Origin: Acetobacteraceae bacterium
GTDB lineage: Bacteria; Pseudomonadota; Alphaproteobacteria; Acetobacterales; Acetobacteraceae
Length of the DNA stretch: 50,274 nt
Direction of reading: 5' to 3'
Assembly: GCA_003164455.1 (NCBI GenBank)
Contig: PLTJ01000009.1
Span: 11,639-61,912 of the forward strand
Shown here: positions 19,109-28,221 of the stretch, piece after piece
How positions within the stretch are numbered: position 1 is the first letter of the stretch
Layout of the letters: the number at the start of each line of letters is the position of its first letter
Program-made: the position numbers and the translations under genes
Notes under the pieces: model-generated
What the model saw: the letters and a program-made list of their open reading frames with translations, nothing else
Databases searched by the model: none
Told to the model about the DNA's origin: nothing

Positions 19109-19366
19109 TCAGGACTCCAGCCGCACCGCGACCGCGGTCGGACGGCCGCGATGCTCGCCAACCGAAAAGGAGACCCTGGCGCCGTCAACCAGCAACCCGG
19201 GATCGAGGTCGCCCAGGGCGCGGCGGTGCAGGAAGAGGTCGCGCTCCGCCAGGACCGGGGTCTTCTGGTACGGCGTGATGAAGCCCCAGCCCCTCTCGTC
19301 GCTGAACCACTTGACAGTGCCGAGATAACGAACCGGGGCCAGCTGGACGGCAACGGCTTCAGACAT
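19109..19366 (-). CDS. Cold-shock domain protein
   Basis: GTVKWFSDERGWGFITP...DLFLH (RNP1/RNP2 motifs). Confidence 0.9.
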   Translation of the reverse strand: MSEAVAVQLAPVRYLGTVKWFSDERGWGFITPYQKTPVLAERDLFLHRRALGDLDPGLLVDGARVSFSVGEHRGRPTAVAVRLES

Positions 19367-19682
19367 GGACGCGATCCTTGATCAGCTTGACGGGATTGAA
19401 GCCGCGCAGCGACGCGAAGCCGCGGCGGAACATGTCGCGGCGCCGTTCCCGGCGCGGGGCCTCGAGGTGGGACTTCACGGCGAGCTCGTAGTCGATCGGG
19501 TGCAGGGTGATGGTGTCGGCGACGATGCCGGGAACCTGCTCGCCGATGCGGAAGACGCCGAGCAGATGGCCCTGGCACCACAGCGCCTGGACGCCTTGCG
19601 GGAGCTCGAAGGATTTCCGGATGGTGACGCCGTTGAACGTGCGCGGGGCGTAGCCGACCGGCTTGACGGGATGATCGAACAT
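19359..19682 (-). CDS. Hypothetical protein
   Basis: 107 aa ORF, coupled to its neighbours in the late operon. Confidence 0.6.
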   Translation of the reverse strand: MFDHPVKPVGYAPRTFNGVTIRKSFELPQGVQALWCQGHLLGVFRIGEQVPGIVADTITLHPIDYELAVKSHLEAPRRERRRDMFRRGFASLRGFNPVKLIKDRVHV

Positions 19683-19695
19683 TGGCGCGGTCCCC

Positions 19696-20061
19696 TCAGG
19701 TCACCGCCAGGCTACGGGCCTGCGCCTGGTGCCAGTCCGCGGCCTGGTCATGGAGCCGCGCCAGCGCCTCGCCGTGCGCCAAGCTGATCATGCCCTCGCC
19801 GCTCCGGCATTTCCGCGCCTTGCGGCGATGCCGGGTCGCCTCGTCGGCGTGGAAGCTGGCGGCCTGCAGGTTGGTCAGCGCGGCGCCCTGATCCGGCGCC
19901 GGCGCGATGTTGGTGTCTCCCTTGGCGAGGCGATCGCGGGCGCGCAGCTCGTGCTTGGCCGCCTTGCGGAGATGCTTCGCCAGCTTGGTGGCAGTCCGCT
20001 CGACGGAGCTCTGGAACAGCGGGGCAGGCGTCATCGTGAAGTTGCCGCTCTCTCCGGCCAT
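19696..20061 (-). CDS. Hypothetical protein
   Basis: 121 aa, His/Ala/Arg-rich helical protein; GGAG RBS. Confidence 0.6.
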   Translation of the reverse strand: MAGESGNFTMTPAPLFQSSVERTATKLAKHLRKAAKHELRARDRLAKGDTNIAPAPDQGAALTNLQAASFHADEATRHRRKARKCRSGEGMISLAHGEALARLHDQAADWHQAQARSLAVT

Positions 20062-20083
20062 CTCGGTACTCCCCTGGTGCTGC

Positions 20084-20539
20084 TCAGTCGCCGGCAGGGG
20101 CGGGGACGTGATAGGTGAGCATGGTGCCGACTTCCTCGCGTCCCTGCGCTCGCATGGCCCCTCGAGCCGCGTCGTTGCTGACGTGTGTGGCGCTCGAGAT
20201 CGTCGGTCGCTTCAGTTCACGGGCCTTCGCCTTGAGGGCGTCGAACATCTCGGTATGGATGCCCTGGTGGCGGTACTCCGGACTGACGTAGGCCAAGTTG
20301 ATCCAGATCTCGTTCGCCCAGTTGGCGTCGGTCCAGGTCAGGACGCCGACGGGTTCGTCATCGACGAACGCCACAATGGCTTTGTGATCCCAGCAGACCG
20401 CCGTCGTCGCCAGCGTGCAGAGACCTTCGTGGAGCAACTCGGCCCAGCCGAACACCGCAAGGGGCAGCACCGGCGTGTTGGGCAGGCAGTTGAAGTGCTC
20501 GACACGAAGGCGTTCACGAAGGCTTTGTCGCATAGTCAT
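20084..20539 (-). CDS. GNAT-family acetyltransferase
   Basis: AYVSPEYRHQGI (acetyl-CoA motif A) and THVSNDAARG. Confidence 0.85.
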   Translation of the reverse strand: MTMRQSLRERLRVEHFNCLPNTPVLPLAVFGWAELLHEGLCTLATTAVCWDHKAIVAFVDDEPVGVLTWTDANWANEIWINLAYVSPEYRHQGIHTEMFDALKAKARELKRPTISSATHVSNDAARGAMRAQGREEVGTMLTYHVPAPAGD

Positions 20540-20567
20540 TATGTCTTTCCTTGCGTTGATCGGCACG

Positions 20568-22202
20568 TCAGCTCGGGCGCCGGCATCCGGCCCGTTCCAG
20601 CGCCGGCACGAAGGCGACCGGCACCGTCAGCATGCCGGTGGCATCGGCCATGAAGCGCTGCGAGCCACCGGCGGGATCCGGCACGAAGTAGGCCGCGTAT
20701 GGCCCCTTCGCGATCAGCCGCACGGTATCGGGCGGCGGCGGCGGATCGGTCGGGCGTGCCGGCAGGGCAGCCACCGGGTTCGTCGGCACTACGGACTCTT
20801 GCGGGATCGCGGGCACGGCCGGCGCCTGCGGTGGCTTCGGGGTGTGGGCGCGGTAGTATTCCAGCCACCCCGCGGCGTTCGGCCCCAGCATCAGGTCGGT
20901 GAGCCCCCAGACTGCAGCGTCGGCACGGTTTGGCGACCTGGCCCCGATGTAGCCCTGGTCGGTGAACTCGGTCAGCTCATCCTCGAGCTTCTCGAAGCGC
21001 CCGGCATGCGAGACCTGTTTGCGCTGGTAGAGGGTGGCAATCGGCTCCGCCCGCTGCGCCTTGCCGCGGCTCGCCGTCACGGCCTTGAACGGCACGCTGG
21101 CGTCGACGGTCTGGATCACATACTCGACCATCGCACCGCCGAAATTCGTCTCGCCCACGATCGCGTCGGCTTGCCAGTGATGATACGCCGCGACCGCTGC
21201 ACTGCCCCATTGATTGGGGCCGCCGAGCAGCGAGCAGTCGTCCAGCACGTAGCCGCGGCCGTCCATCCCGAGCCCCGCAACCATGATCCCGATCTCGTCG
21301 TGCGCGCTGTCGAGTTCGTTCTTGGCGCCCGATGGGTCGACCGCCACGACGACTCGCTGCATCCGGGGTAGCCGGGACGGCTCGACGCGGGTCTCCTCGA
21401 GAAGCTTCCAGGTCCACAGCGCCGACTCGGTCTCGTCGCCGTAGACGCCGTCGCGGAACCGTCGCCGCGCCCGATCCGGCATGTCGTCGAGCGATTGCAG
21501 GTAAGCCGGGTCGAGGTGCTCGGCGTTGTCGGCCGGCTTCGAGAACAGCCAGCGGTACTGGTCGGGGTTCGCGAGCGGCTTCTTGCTGACCGGGTCGCGG
21601 TGCTCACCGAACAGGATGTTGGTCCAGTGGCCCTTGCCCGGCGGGTTGAGGTCGTAGAACGCCTTTTGCTGAAGCGCCAAGCTGGTATCCGGGTTCTTCG
21701 CCGTCTGAGCAAGGCGGGTCAGGGCGGTCAGCACCGACGAGTACGGGATCTGCGAGCATTCGTTCAGGAGAATGGTCGCGTATTCGTTGCCGAGGATCTT
21801 GTCGACCCGCTCCTTGTCGTCGAGGCCGCCAAGCCAGAGTTCGGAGTCATTCGGCAGGCTGAAGAAGCGATCCGCGGAATGCGGCACGATCCGCAGGTCC
21901 GGGAAGAACGTCCGCGCTACGAACGGCAGGGTCTGAAGCCCGATCGAGGGCCAGACCGCCGCGGCATGGAGGCGCATGATGGCATGCCGGGACGGCGCCT
22001 GCAGCCCGCGCAGGATGATGGTCCGGACGATGGCGACCGTCTTGCCACTGCGCGACCCGCCGGGCAGGCAGATGTGCCGGGCCTCGCTGTTCAGCAGCTC
22101 GGTCATCTCGACCTGCCGGGGCGTCAGCAGATCGGGGCGGCCGTTGAGGATGACGTCCTTGGAGGCCGCCTTGCTCCGCGTGGCCTTCCGTTTGGTCGGC
22201 AC
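20568..22202 (-). CDS. terL: Terminase large subunit
   Basis: Walker A GGSRSGKT; ILLNEC; DLNP; nuclease motifs VVAVDPS and SPNRADAAVWG. Confidence 0.95.
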   Translation of the reverse strand: MPTKRKATRSKAASKDVILNGRPDLLTPRQVEMTELLNSEARHICLPGGSRSGKTVAIVRTIILRGLQAPSRHAIMRLHAAAVWPSIGLQTLPFVARTFFPDLRIVPHSADRFFSLPNDSELWLGGLDDKERVDKILGNEYATILLNECSQIPYSSVLTALTRLAQTAKNPDTSLALQQKAFYDLNPPGKGHWTNILFGEHRDPVSKKPLANPDQYRWLFSKPADNAEHLDPAYLQSLDDMPDRARRRFRDGVYGDETESALWTWKLLEETRVEPSRLPRMQRVVVAVDPSGAKNELDSAHDEIGIMVAGLGMDGRGYVLDDCSLLGGPNQWGSAAVAAYHHWQADAIVGETNFGGAMVEYVIQTVDASVPFKAVTASRGKAQRAEPIATLYQRKQVSHAGRFEKLEDELTEFTDQGYIGARSPNRADAAVWGLTDLMLGPNAAGWLEYYRAHTPKPPQAPAVPAIPQESVVPTNPVAALPARPTDPPPPPDTVRLIAKGPYAAYFVPDPAGGSQRFMADATGMLTVPVAFVPALERAGCRRPS

Positions 22203-22208
22203 AGCAGA

Positions 22209-22613
22209 TCAGGACGTTGGTTCGCCATTGACCTGCACGGCCCGGCGCGCCGCCGCGCGGGTCCGCCGCGAGAACCGCGCCGCATCGAGCCGCAACAGCA
22301 GGCCGGTGAAGCGCCGCAGCACCGCCGCGAGACGGCCCGGCGCCCGAGCCTCGCCCTGGTCCACGGCGCGCTGGGTCGCGACCACGGTGGTGTCCAGGGT
22401 CGGATCGGCGGCGATCAGGGCGTCGAGCGCGGTCCGCGTCATCGTGATCGTTACGGCCTTGCCGCGGCTCTCCGGCAGCTCGTGGAGAAGCGTGATGGCG
22501 CGCGCCGCGGTGCGGGCATCATGGTCCGCGAAGGCGATCACGGCCGCGGAGCCGAGATAGATCGGCAGCCAGCCGCGCTCATCGAGCAGCTTCTCAGCCA
22601 GCGTGTTCTGCAT
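22209..22613 (-). CDS. Hypothetical protein between terS and terL
   Basis: 134 aa ORF overlapping the end of terS. Confidence 0.5.
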   Translation of the reverse strand: MQNTLAEKLLDERGWLPIYLGSAAVIAFADHDARTAARAITLLHELPESRGKAVTITMTRTALDALIAADPTLDTTVVATQRAVDQGEARAPGRLAAVLRRFTGLLLRLDAARFSRRTRAAARRAVQVNGEPTS

Positions 22614-23019
22614 CGGGTTCTGTTTCGTTGATGGGGTCTGGTGGTTCGGGCAGGCTGGCCTGCGGCCGGTCCGGCCCGCCGATCTGGACGATGAAGCGCG
22701 TCCCGTCGGGGAGCTCGTGTTCCAGCTTCTCGGTCAACTTCCATCCGCACTTGACGCGGAGGAAGAAGAGGATCGCCCGGAGATTCCCCTTCCGGATGTG
22801 CTGTGCCAGCCGAAGTTCCGCGACGCCCTGAAGCCACATCGGGTCCGTCGCCAGCTCGGCCTTGTAGTGCTTCCGCAGGGTCTTGAGATCGATCCTAAGG
22901 TAGCGGGCAATCTCGTTGTGCGTGTGCTCCAGCGCGGCCAGAGCCGTCACGGCCGCCTTGTTTTCCCGCGTCGGAACATGCTCGGGCCGCCCCACGTGGC
23001 CCCGTGCGGCCATCGCCAT
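22594..23019 (-). CDS. Terminase small subunit-like HTH protein
   Basis: GRPEHVPT...EIARYLRIDLKTLRKHYKAEL...AILFFLRVKCGW; first gene of the late operon. Confidence 0.75.
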   Translation of the reverse strand: MAMAARGHVGRPEHVPTRENKAAVTALAALEHTHNEIARYLRIDLKTLRKHYKAELATDPMWLQGVAELRLAQHIRKGNLRAILFFLRVKCGWKLTEKLEHELPDGTRFIVQIGGPDRPQASLPEPPDPINETEPDAEHAG

Positions 23020-23226
23020 ACCCCTTCGTGTTGGCTACCCGAACAGACCGGCCGCCTTCTCCTCCGGCACCGACCCCGGTGATGGGCGGGCATCCCTGGC
23101 GACAGGCTTGGCTATGTCTGGCGGGCTGATCCGAGCCCCGGCCCTCACGCGCGATAACGCCGGTTTAGCGCGTGTTACGCGGACCCGCCACAATCCGCTC
23201 GGGACGCAGCTTCAGAGCATGGTCAA

Positions 23227-23256
23227 TCACTACTGCATAAGATTCGCGCCTGTCAA
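23227..23256 (-). promoter_or_regulatory. Putative late promoter (TTGACA-18 nt-TAGTGA)
   Basis: Consensus -35 box in an AT-richer intergenic stretch upstream of terS; the -10 resembles the early promoters' TAGTGT. Confidence 0.5.
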
Positions 23257-23459
23257 GCACTTTCTTGTGCTCCCGGCCTCCGAGGCCGGTTTCCGGGGAG
23301 CGACGAGCGCCGCGACGACGGCGCCACTCGGGTCCGAGGTCAGCCCAGTATGAACTGCAATGTTCGAACCGCCCGGCCGCCGCACCACTAGGTCTGCCGA
23401 TACTGCTTAGGCGCGGACATTGTTCCGGCCCAGGCGGCCATGCCCATAAACCGGGGGAA

Positions 23460-24311
23460 TTACTCCGACATCCCGCCCGGCGCCGGCGGGTCGTAGAAGT
23501 CGGCGAGCCGGTCCAGCGCAGCGACCAGGATGCCGAGCGCGACACGCTCGTCGATCTCGGTGCTGCCATCCTTGCGGCGGCGGCCAAGGTGATGGCGGCG
23601 CGCGAACGACTTGACGTCGCGATGCAGCGGGTCCGGCCAGCCCAGGATGACGTGCGCCATCGCCGTGACGCCGAGCTTCCCGACCGCGGCGCAGGCGGCT
23701 TTCCAGCGGCTGAGCCGGATCAGCACCGTCTCGGAGCAATACATTCCGTCGGCGCCGGGGGCGCCGACTGCCATGCCGATCCGCTCGACCGTCGACCCGA
23801 TGCTGACCTGGCTGCGCTCGTAGTCGTCGAGCCATCGCCGGGCAGCGCGGCTGTGCCGGCGGGTGATGTAGCGGGAACGCTGCAGATCATGCAGCGGATC
23901 GGTGGCCCTGGATGCCGCGATCTTGCGTGCGGTCCGGCGGTGCGGGTCGGTGTCGCTGGGGTCGCGCCATTCCGCCGGTACGGCGCTGGGCTCCCGCAGC
24001 ACGGTCCCGTCGGCGTTCCGGATCTCCTGTCGCCGGATCGCGGGGCCGAGGTCCTGGGCATCGACGAGATCACCACGGGAGCTGGCGCGGATCCGGATCA
24101 GCGTCTCGGTCGCGACCTTGCGGTCCGCGGCATGGATCGGCTGCAGAGCTGCGGCGAGCATGTGCGGGACTTCGGCGCGGAGCCGATCGAGGCGCTTACA
24201 GGCGCATTCGCCGGGGCCGGGGTCCGGCGGCACCAGCGGCTCGCCGGCATAGGGCCATGGTTTCCGGCGACGCCTGCCATCGGCGCGGGGGGAAGCGGCA
24301 TCGGCGGTCAA
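23460..24311 (-). CDS. Putative late transcription regulator (DUF6456-like, in the Q position)
   Basis: TTG start overlapping the upstream TGA; DPLHDL...ITRRHSRAARRW..DY...LVAALDRLADFY; last early gene before the late promoter. Confidence 0.55.
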   Translation of the reverse strand: MTADAASPRADGRRRRKPWPYAGEPLVPPDPGPGECACKRLDRLRAEVPHMLAAALQPIHAADRKVATETLIRIRASSRGDLVDAQDLGPAIRRQEIRNADGTVLREPSAVPAEWRDPSDTDPHRRTARKIAASRATDPLHDLQRSRYITRRHSRAARRWLDDYERSQVSIGSTVERIGMAVGAPGADGMYCSETVLIRLSRWKAACAAVGKLGVTAMAHVILGWPDPLHRDVKSFARRHHLGRRRKDGSTEIDERVALGILVAALDRLADFYDPPAPGGMSE

Positions 24312-24643
24312 TCGGCCCTCTCGACATCTGGAAGTCCCAGGATGTGCCTCGGCAGCACGGTGACGATCAGCGCGTCCGCGGGCTGGTAGACCACGCGCAC
24401 CGGAACTCCGCACAACGTGACACGCCAGATCTCGCGGTCGAACCGTGTCGGGCCGATGTAGCGCGCCGAGCTGGCCTCACCGGCCACCGCGGCGCAGATC
24501 GCGAGCACGGCATCCCGCCAGTCCGTGGCCGTGGGTTCCAGCCCATGCTGTCCGGCAGCGTACTTCGCCGTGATGGCGGCATGGTGCGCCTCGCCGATGT
24601 CGCGGGGTGGCTGGTGGACGGAGTGAGCAAGGTCCAAGGACAT
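24308..24643 (-). CDS. Hypothetical protein
   Basis: 111 aa ending IWRVTLCGVPVRVVYQPADALIVTVLP. Confidence 0.6.
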   Translation of the reverse strand: MSLDLAHSVHQPPRDIGEAHHAAITAKYAAGQHGLEPTATDWRDAVLAICAAVAGEASSARYIGPTRFDREIWRVTLCGVPVRVVYQPADALIVTVLPRHILGLPDVERAD

Positions 24644-24719
24644 GATGTTCGTTAGCTTCCCTGACACGCCGAACGTTCCGACCGCGCTGCCTTTCCGCTC
24701 CCCCCGCCGGTTCGTAAGG

Positions 24720-24858
24720 TGCGCCATAAACTGCGCCATAACATGCGCCATTTCGACCCAGGGGCGGTGGGCTGCGCCATAACGGCGCCGCCGTAAGGCG
24801 GCGTTATGGCGCACCGCCCCCTTTGGGCGCCATTTCTGCGCCACAAACTGCGCCATAA
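24720..24858. repeat. Putative replication origin: eight TGCGCCATAA-like iterons and a large hairpin
   Basis: Copies at 24720, 24732, 24744, 24773, 24804 (inverted), 24826, 24837 and 24849; palindrome at 24761-24820; immediately downstream of the AAA_25 helicase. Confidence 0.75.
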
Positions 24859-24864
24859 ACTCGC

Positions 24865-26088
24865 TCACGACACGGGACCCGGACGCTTGGCGTCGACCAC
24901 GCGGACGCACATCCGATCCTTGCGTTGGACGGGATCGCGGTAAGTGTCCCTGACAAGAACGCCATTGCGCACCCATGTCTCGATCACCTTGTCGGATTCG
25001 AGGTCGGTCAACCCGAACAGTCGCACCAGGACGGTGCCGGCCCACCGGGAGGCGTCCTTGCCGCGGCGCGAGTGGGTGTAACGAACGCCCTCGCCAGGAC
25101 CGTCGGCGATGGCGTCCAGCACTTCGTTGCACTGGTCGACACTCAGCGTGTCCGTCACCTTCGGGGGGTCCCAGGCGACCATGGCCGCCACGGTGTCGCC
25201 GTTGGGGTAGTCCTGGGTGCCGTTGCCCAGCTTTACCTGTTCCAGCTTGAGCCACGTCGCTTTGTTGCCACGCGGCGCCATGTTGGCCTTGGCGTTGTCC
25301 AGCCGCACGTACTGCCAGCGGTCTTCTGGCGCGATGGCAAGGTCCTTGCCGTCATCCTCGCCCATCGGCGACATGATGAGACCGACGCGGGCGCTGTCCG
25401 TCAGGCCCTTGGCGCCGCGCGCCGCGTCGATGTCCGACACCGCGCCCTTGCGCACATGATGGATCAGGAAAATGGCGCAGTTCGTGGCGCGGGCAACGCG
25501 TCGCCACGCCGCCGCCGCCTTGACCATCTGAGGGTTGCTGTTCTCTTCGAGGCTGTGGGACTCGGCGAATGGGTCAACCACGAGCACGCCGATCTCGTGC
25601 ATCTTGATCTGCTCGATCAGCGCGACCTCGTCGGGGTGGATGATGCTGAAGCCGTCCTCCGAGATTGCCGCCATGGTGACCGGGCGGTCCTCGCCCGAGT
25701 GCATGAAGAGCCCACCAGCGACATCGGTCTCGTCGACGTTGTGCTGCAGCAGGATCGCGGCGAGGCGGCGGTCCAGCTCGTCGAGCGGGTCCTCCAGGTT
25801 GAGCACTGCTGCGTTGGTACAGGCGAACACGTGGTCTCGTAATAGGCCGCGGCCCAGCACGCAGGAAACCGCGACGGTCATGGCGTAGATGGACTTGCCG
25901 GTGCCACCGGGCGCCACCAGCACCGTGACGAACCCGCGGAGGAGCTGCGTGCCATAGAGCCACTGCCGCGGCGGGATCGTATGCGGGTCGGGCAACCGTG
26001 CCGGACGCAATACGAGCGGGGGCGTGTCCTGGTCGTGCACCACCGAAAGTCGGGGCTTGCTGCCCCAGATCGGATCAGCGGACTGCAT
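24865..26088 (-). CDS. AAA_25/RepA-like replicative helicase
   Basis: PPRQWLYG, Walker A APGGTGKS, LNLEDP, Walker B VLVVDP, IHHVRK, ARGA, KAN. Confidence 0.9.
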   Translation of the reverse strand: MQSADPIWGSKPRLSVVHDQDTPPLVLRPARLPDPHTIPPRQWLYGTQLLRGFVTVLVAPGGTGKSIYAMTVAVSCVLGRGLLRDHVFACTNAAVLNLEDPLDELDRRLAAILLQHNVDETDVAGGLFMHSGEDRPVTMAAISEDGFSIIHPDEVALIEQIKMHEIGVLVVDPFAESHSLEENSNPQMVKAAAAWRRVARATNCAIFLIHHVRKGAVSDIDAARGAKGLTDSARVGLIMSPMGEDDGKDLAIAPEDRWQYVRLDNAKANMAPRGNKATWLKLEQVKLGNGTQDYPNGDTVAAMVAWDPPKVTDTLSVDQCNEVLDAIADGPGEGVRYTHSRRGKDASRWAGTVLVRLFGLTDLESDKVIETWVRNGVLVRDTYRDPVQRKDRMCVRVVDAKRPGPVS

Positions 26089-26836
26089 GGCGCCTGCGCC
26101 TCATTGTCTGCGCTGCGACCCGGCGGCACTCCTCGATGAGCGCGTCGCTGGGCACGAGCCAGCCGCCGAACCGCTCGTGCACCGCCTCGGCTGCGGAAAG
26201 GATCTGCTCACCCGGTTCCCGGCTGGCGCAAAGCGGCCAGATCCGGCGCCGTAGGGTATCGTGGAAACGCCGTGCGACATCGTTGCCCTCGCACCAGATC
26301 GCGGCGCCGGCCTGGCGCGCTGAGGTGTCCGGCAGGTCGACCTGCGCACCGAGGCGGACCGCCGCACCGACAACTTCATCGGCGCCGTCCGGCCACTCCA
26401 CGCCGAACAGCGCGCAGGTGGCACACATCACGGCGTAGCCGAGCAACTGCTCGCGCAGCCAGCGGGTACGGCGCGGCGATTCGAGCCGGGTGACGGCGTC
26501 GTACTCGCGCTGGCGCCGTGCCTGCTCGTCGCGGCGAAGCTTCGAGCGGATCGGCCAATCATGCGCGAGTGCCAGCACGCCGGCGAGTGGCGGCGGGTCG
26601 GGGTAGCCGTGCAGCATCATGTCGGCGGGGTCCTTGGGCCACGCCGCAACACGGGCGGCCTGCTCCGGGCGGCGCCGGTAAACCACTGCGACCACGGCCG
26701 GGGCGTAGGCATCAGCGGTCTCGAGAGGCAGGGCGGATACCAGATCCAGCCAGGCCGCGCGGCCCCCGCCCTGGCCCATGCACAGCAGCTCGGCTGCCTC
26801 CTCGATCATGTCAGCCGGGAGTTCGGGGACGATCAT
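26075..26836 (-). CDS. Hypothetical replication-region protein
   Basis: ATGA coupling with the VRR-NUC gene; overlaps the helicase start. Confidence 0.6.
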   Translation of the reverse strand: MIVPELPADMIEEAAELLCMGQGGGRAAWLDLVSALPLETADAYAPAVVAVVYRRRPEQAARVAAWPKDPADMMLHGYPDPPPLAGVLALAHDWPIRSKLRRDEQARRQREYDAVTRLESPRRTRWLREQLLGYAVMCATCALFGVEWPDGADEVVGAAVRLGAQVDLPDTSARQAGAAIWCEGNDVARRFHDTLRRRIWPLCASREPGEQILSAAEAVHERFGGWLVPSDALIEECRRVAAQTMRRRRHAVR

Positions 26837-27219
26837 GCTGCACGCACCAGTCGCCGGGCATCGTCGTCGGAGCCCAGCACCGCCGAGAGACCGCCGGCGG
26901 CCGCGACCGCGGCCAGGAACTCGCGCTGTCCCATCTCGAAGCGACCGCCGCGCGGCTTGACCTCGCCGGCGGTGAACAGCCCCACGAGATGTCCGACCAT
27001 GTCCGGGGTAACCACGACGCTCGTCCAGCCGATCAGGTCGGACGCTCCTTGCAAGAGTCCGCATTCCTGCCGGCGCGGATGCAACAGCGTGACGGTATCC
27101 TCCGTGGAGGCGATCACCTTGCCGGCCCAGAACAGGCCGCGGTTGTTGCGGAACAACCGGGCGTGCGGTACCCGGCCGATGGCGAGGCGGATGTGGGCCT
27201 GCAGCTCGGACTCGCTCAA
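26833..27219 (-). CDS. VRR-NUC (PD-(D/E)xK) nuclease
   Basis: SESELQ..IR...LFRNNRG...GASDLIG...GEVK...Q.EFL..V...GG; TTG start. Confidence 0.88.
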   Translation of the reverse strand: MSESELQAHIRLAIGRVPHARLFRNNRGLFWAGKVIASTEDTVTLLHPRRQECGLLQGASDLIGWTSVVVTPDMVGHLVGLFTAGEVKPRGGRFEMGQREFLAAVAAAGGLSAVLGSDDDARRLVRAA

Positions 27220-27422
27220 TTCTGCCCCTCCGCCGTGAAGATCTGACGCATCCCCGCAGCGGTAACGTCGATCTCCGCCGTGACCTGGTAGCCTTCCGGG
27301 GCGGCGGCCAGCCAACGACGGAACGCCGCCACCATTGCGCGCCGGGCCGCGCAGAACTCGTCGTACGGACTGCTGCGGGGCACCTCTCGTATCGGAAGCG
27401 GTATTAGGTTGCTGGCGCTCAT
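27216..27422 (-). CDS. Small hypothetical protein
   Basis: 68 aa, coupled to neighbours on both sides. Confidence 0.55.
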   Translation of the reverse strand: MSASNLIPLPIREVPRSSPYDEFCAARRAMVAAFRRWLAAAPEGYQVTAEIDVTAAGMRQIFTAEGQN

Positions 27423-27877
27423 GCCGCTTCTCCAGCGAATCGCAACGGGGCCTGTCGCCGCTGCCACTTCTTCGGGACGGCCTTGATCTCTTCCCAGACC
27501 CTGGGATGCTGGCCTTTGAAGTCGGGCAGCCGAGGTCCGGCGATGAAGCCACGGCCGGCCGGATCCGGTACCAGCCAGCGGGAGCCATCGATCCAGCGGC
27601 GGATATCGACGTCCACGGCGCGGAAATCGTCGCGGGTCAGGTAGCCGGTTTCGCCAAGCAGAATCGCCAGCCGCAGCGCCCGGATCTTCCAGTTCGTAAG
27701 CTGGATCGGCGCCGATGCCCCGGCGACGACATCCGGCACGTACTCCGGCAGCGGGCACCGCCGCGCCGGCATCATCTCGTGCCAGTCACCGTCCTGGTAG
27801 TAGAGGGCATCCGGAACCGGCAGCGACGGCGAGAACGCGGGGCCACGGACGTACTTCGGATAGGGAACTATATACAT
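27419..27877 (-). CDS. Conserved phage hypothetical protein, probably the C-terminal part of a gene interrupted by the cassette end at 27863
   Basis: WHE..P..RC.LPEYVPDVVAG.SAP.QLT.WKI motif; the first codons come from the inverted repeat. Confidence 0.6.
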   Translation of the reverse strand: MYIVPYPKYVRGPAFSPSLPVPDALYYQDGDWHEMMPARRCPLPEYVPDVVAGASAPIQLTNWKIRALRLAILLGETGYLTRDDFRAVDVDIRRWIDGSRWLVPDPAGRGFIAGPRLPDFKGQHPRVWEEIKAVPKKWQRRQAPLRFAGEAA

Positions 27878-28221
27878 GACTCCCTTTTCCACTCATTTTG
27901 CAGCCGCGAACAACGGCGCATCGGTTCCAGAGACATGAGCAACCCGGCGCTCAATTCGTTGGCGTCGATGGTGCCAATCATCGGCTTGCGGGCCAATACA
28001 ATCGGCTCATGCGCCGGTTTCAGCGAAGCGCGCGACTTCGGAAATCCAGTTTTGTAAATCCACTGAATTTGATCGCGTATCTCGAAGCCCGCGTCCTCAA
28101 CAGCGCAAGCAAGCCGATGGTAGGTGCGCGAGCCACCGAAGGCGACGAAGTGCCCGCCGGGTTTGAGAACGCGGAGACATTCTCGCGACCACGCCTCGCA
28201 CCACTCCTGAAAGAGGTTCCC
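27863..28221 (-). mobile_element. Decayed IS1595/ISNwi-type non-autonomous cassette: one terminal repeat plus an internally deleted N4/N6 DNA methyltransferase passenger
   Basis: GGGAACTATATACATGACTCCCT (27863-27885) is 21/23 identical to the repeat at 32893. The passenger has LRVLKPGGH..AFGGSRTYHRL...EDAGFEIRD...GFPKS...LKPAHEPIVLARKP, plus an out-of-frame MTase tail IERRVAHVSGTDAPLFAAAK* ending 7 nt before the repeat. Confidence 0.75.

Noticed and set aside
1560-22631. Very long plus-strand ORFs (e.g. 1560-4574, 5267-7723, 13404-15890, 16934-18589)
   Set aside because: Antisense shadows of high-GC minus-strand structural genes; no motifs or RBS.
23452-23466. GGGGGAATTACTCC resembling the cassette terminal repeat (also GGGGAATTCCC at 10861)
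   Set aside because: Only about 8 bp match; the TATA.AT core, a partner repeat and a target duplication are absent.
24720-24858. Short repeats as a CRISPR array
   Set aside because: 10-bp units with 2-bp gaps and an inverted copy; no spacers and no cas genes. An origin fits better.
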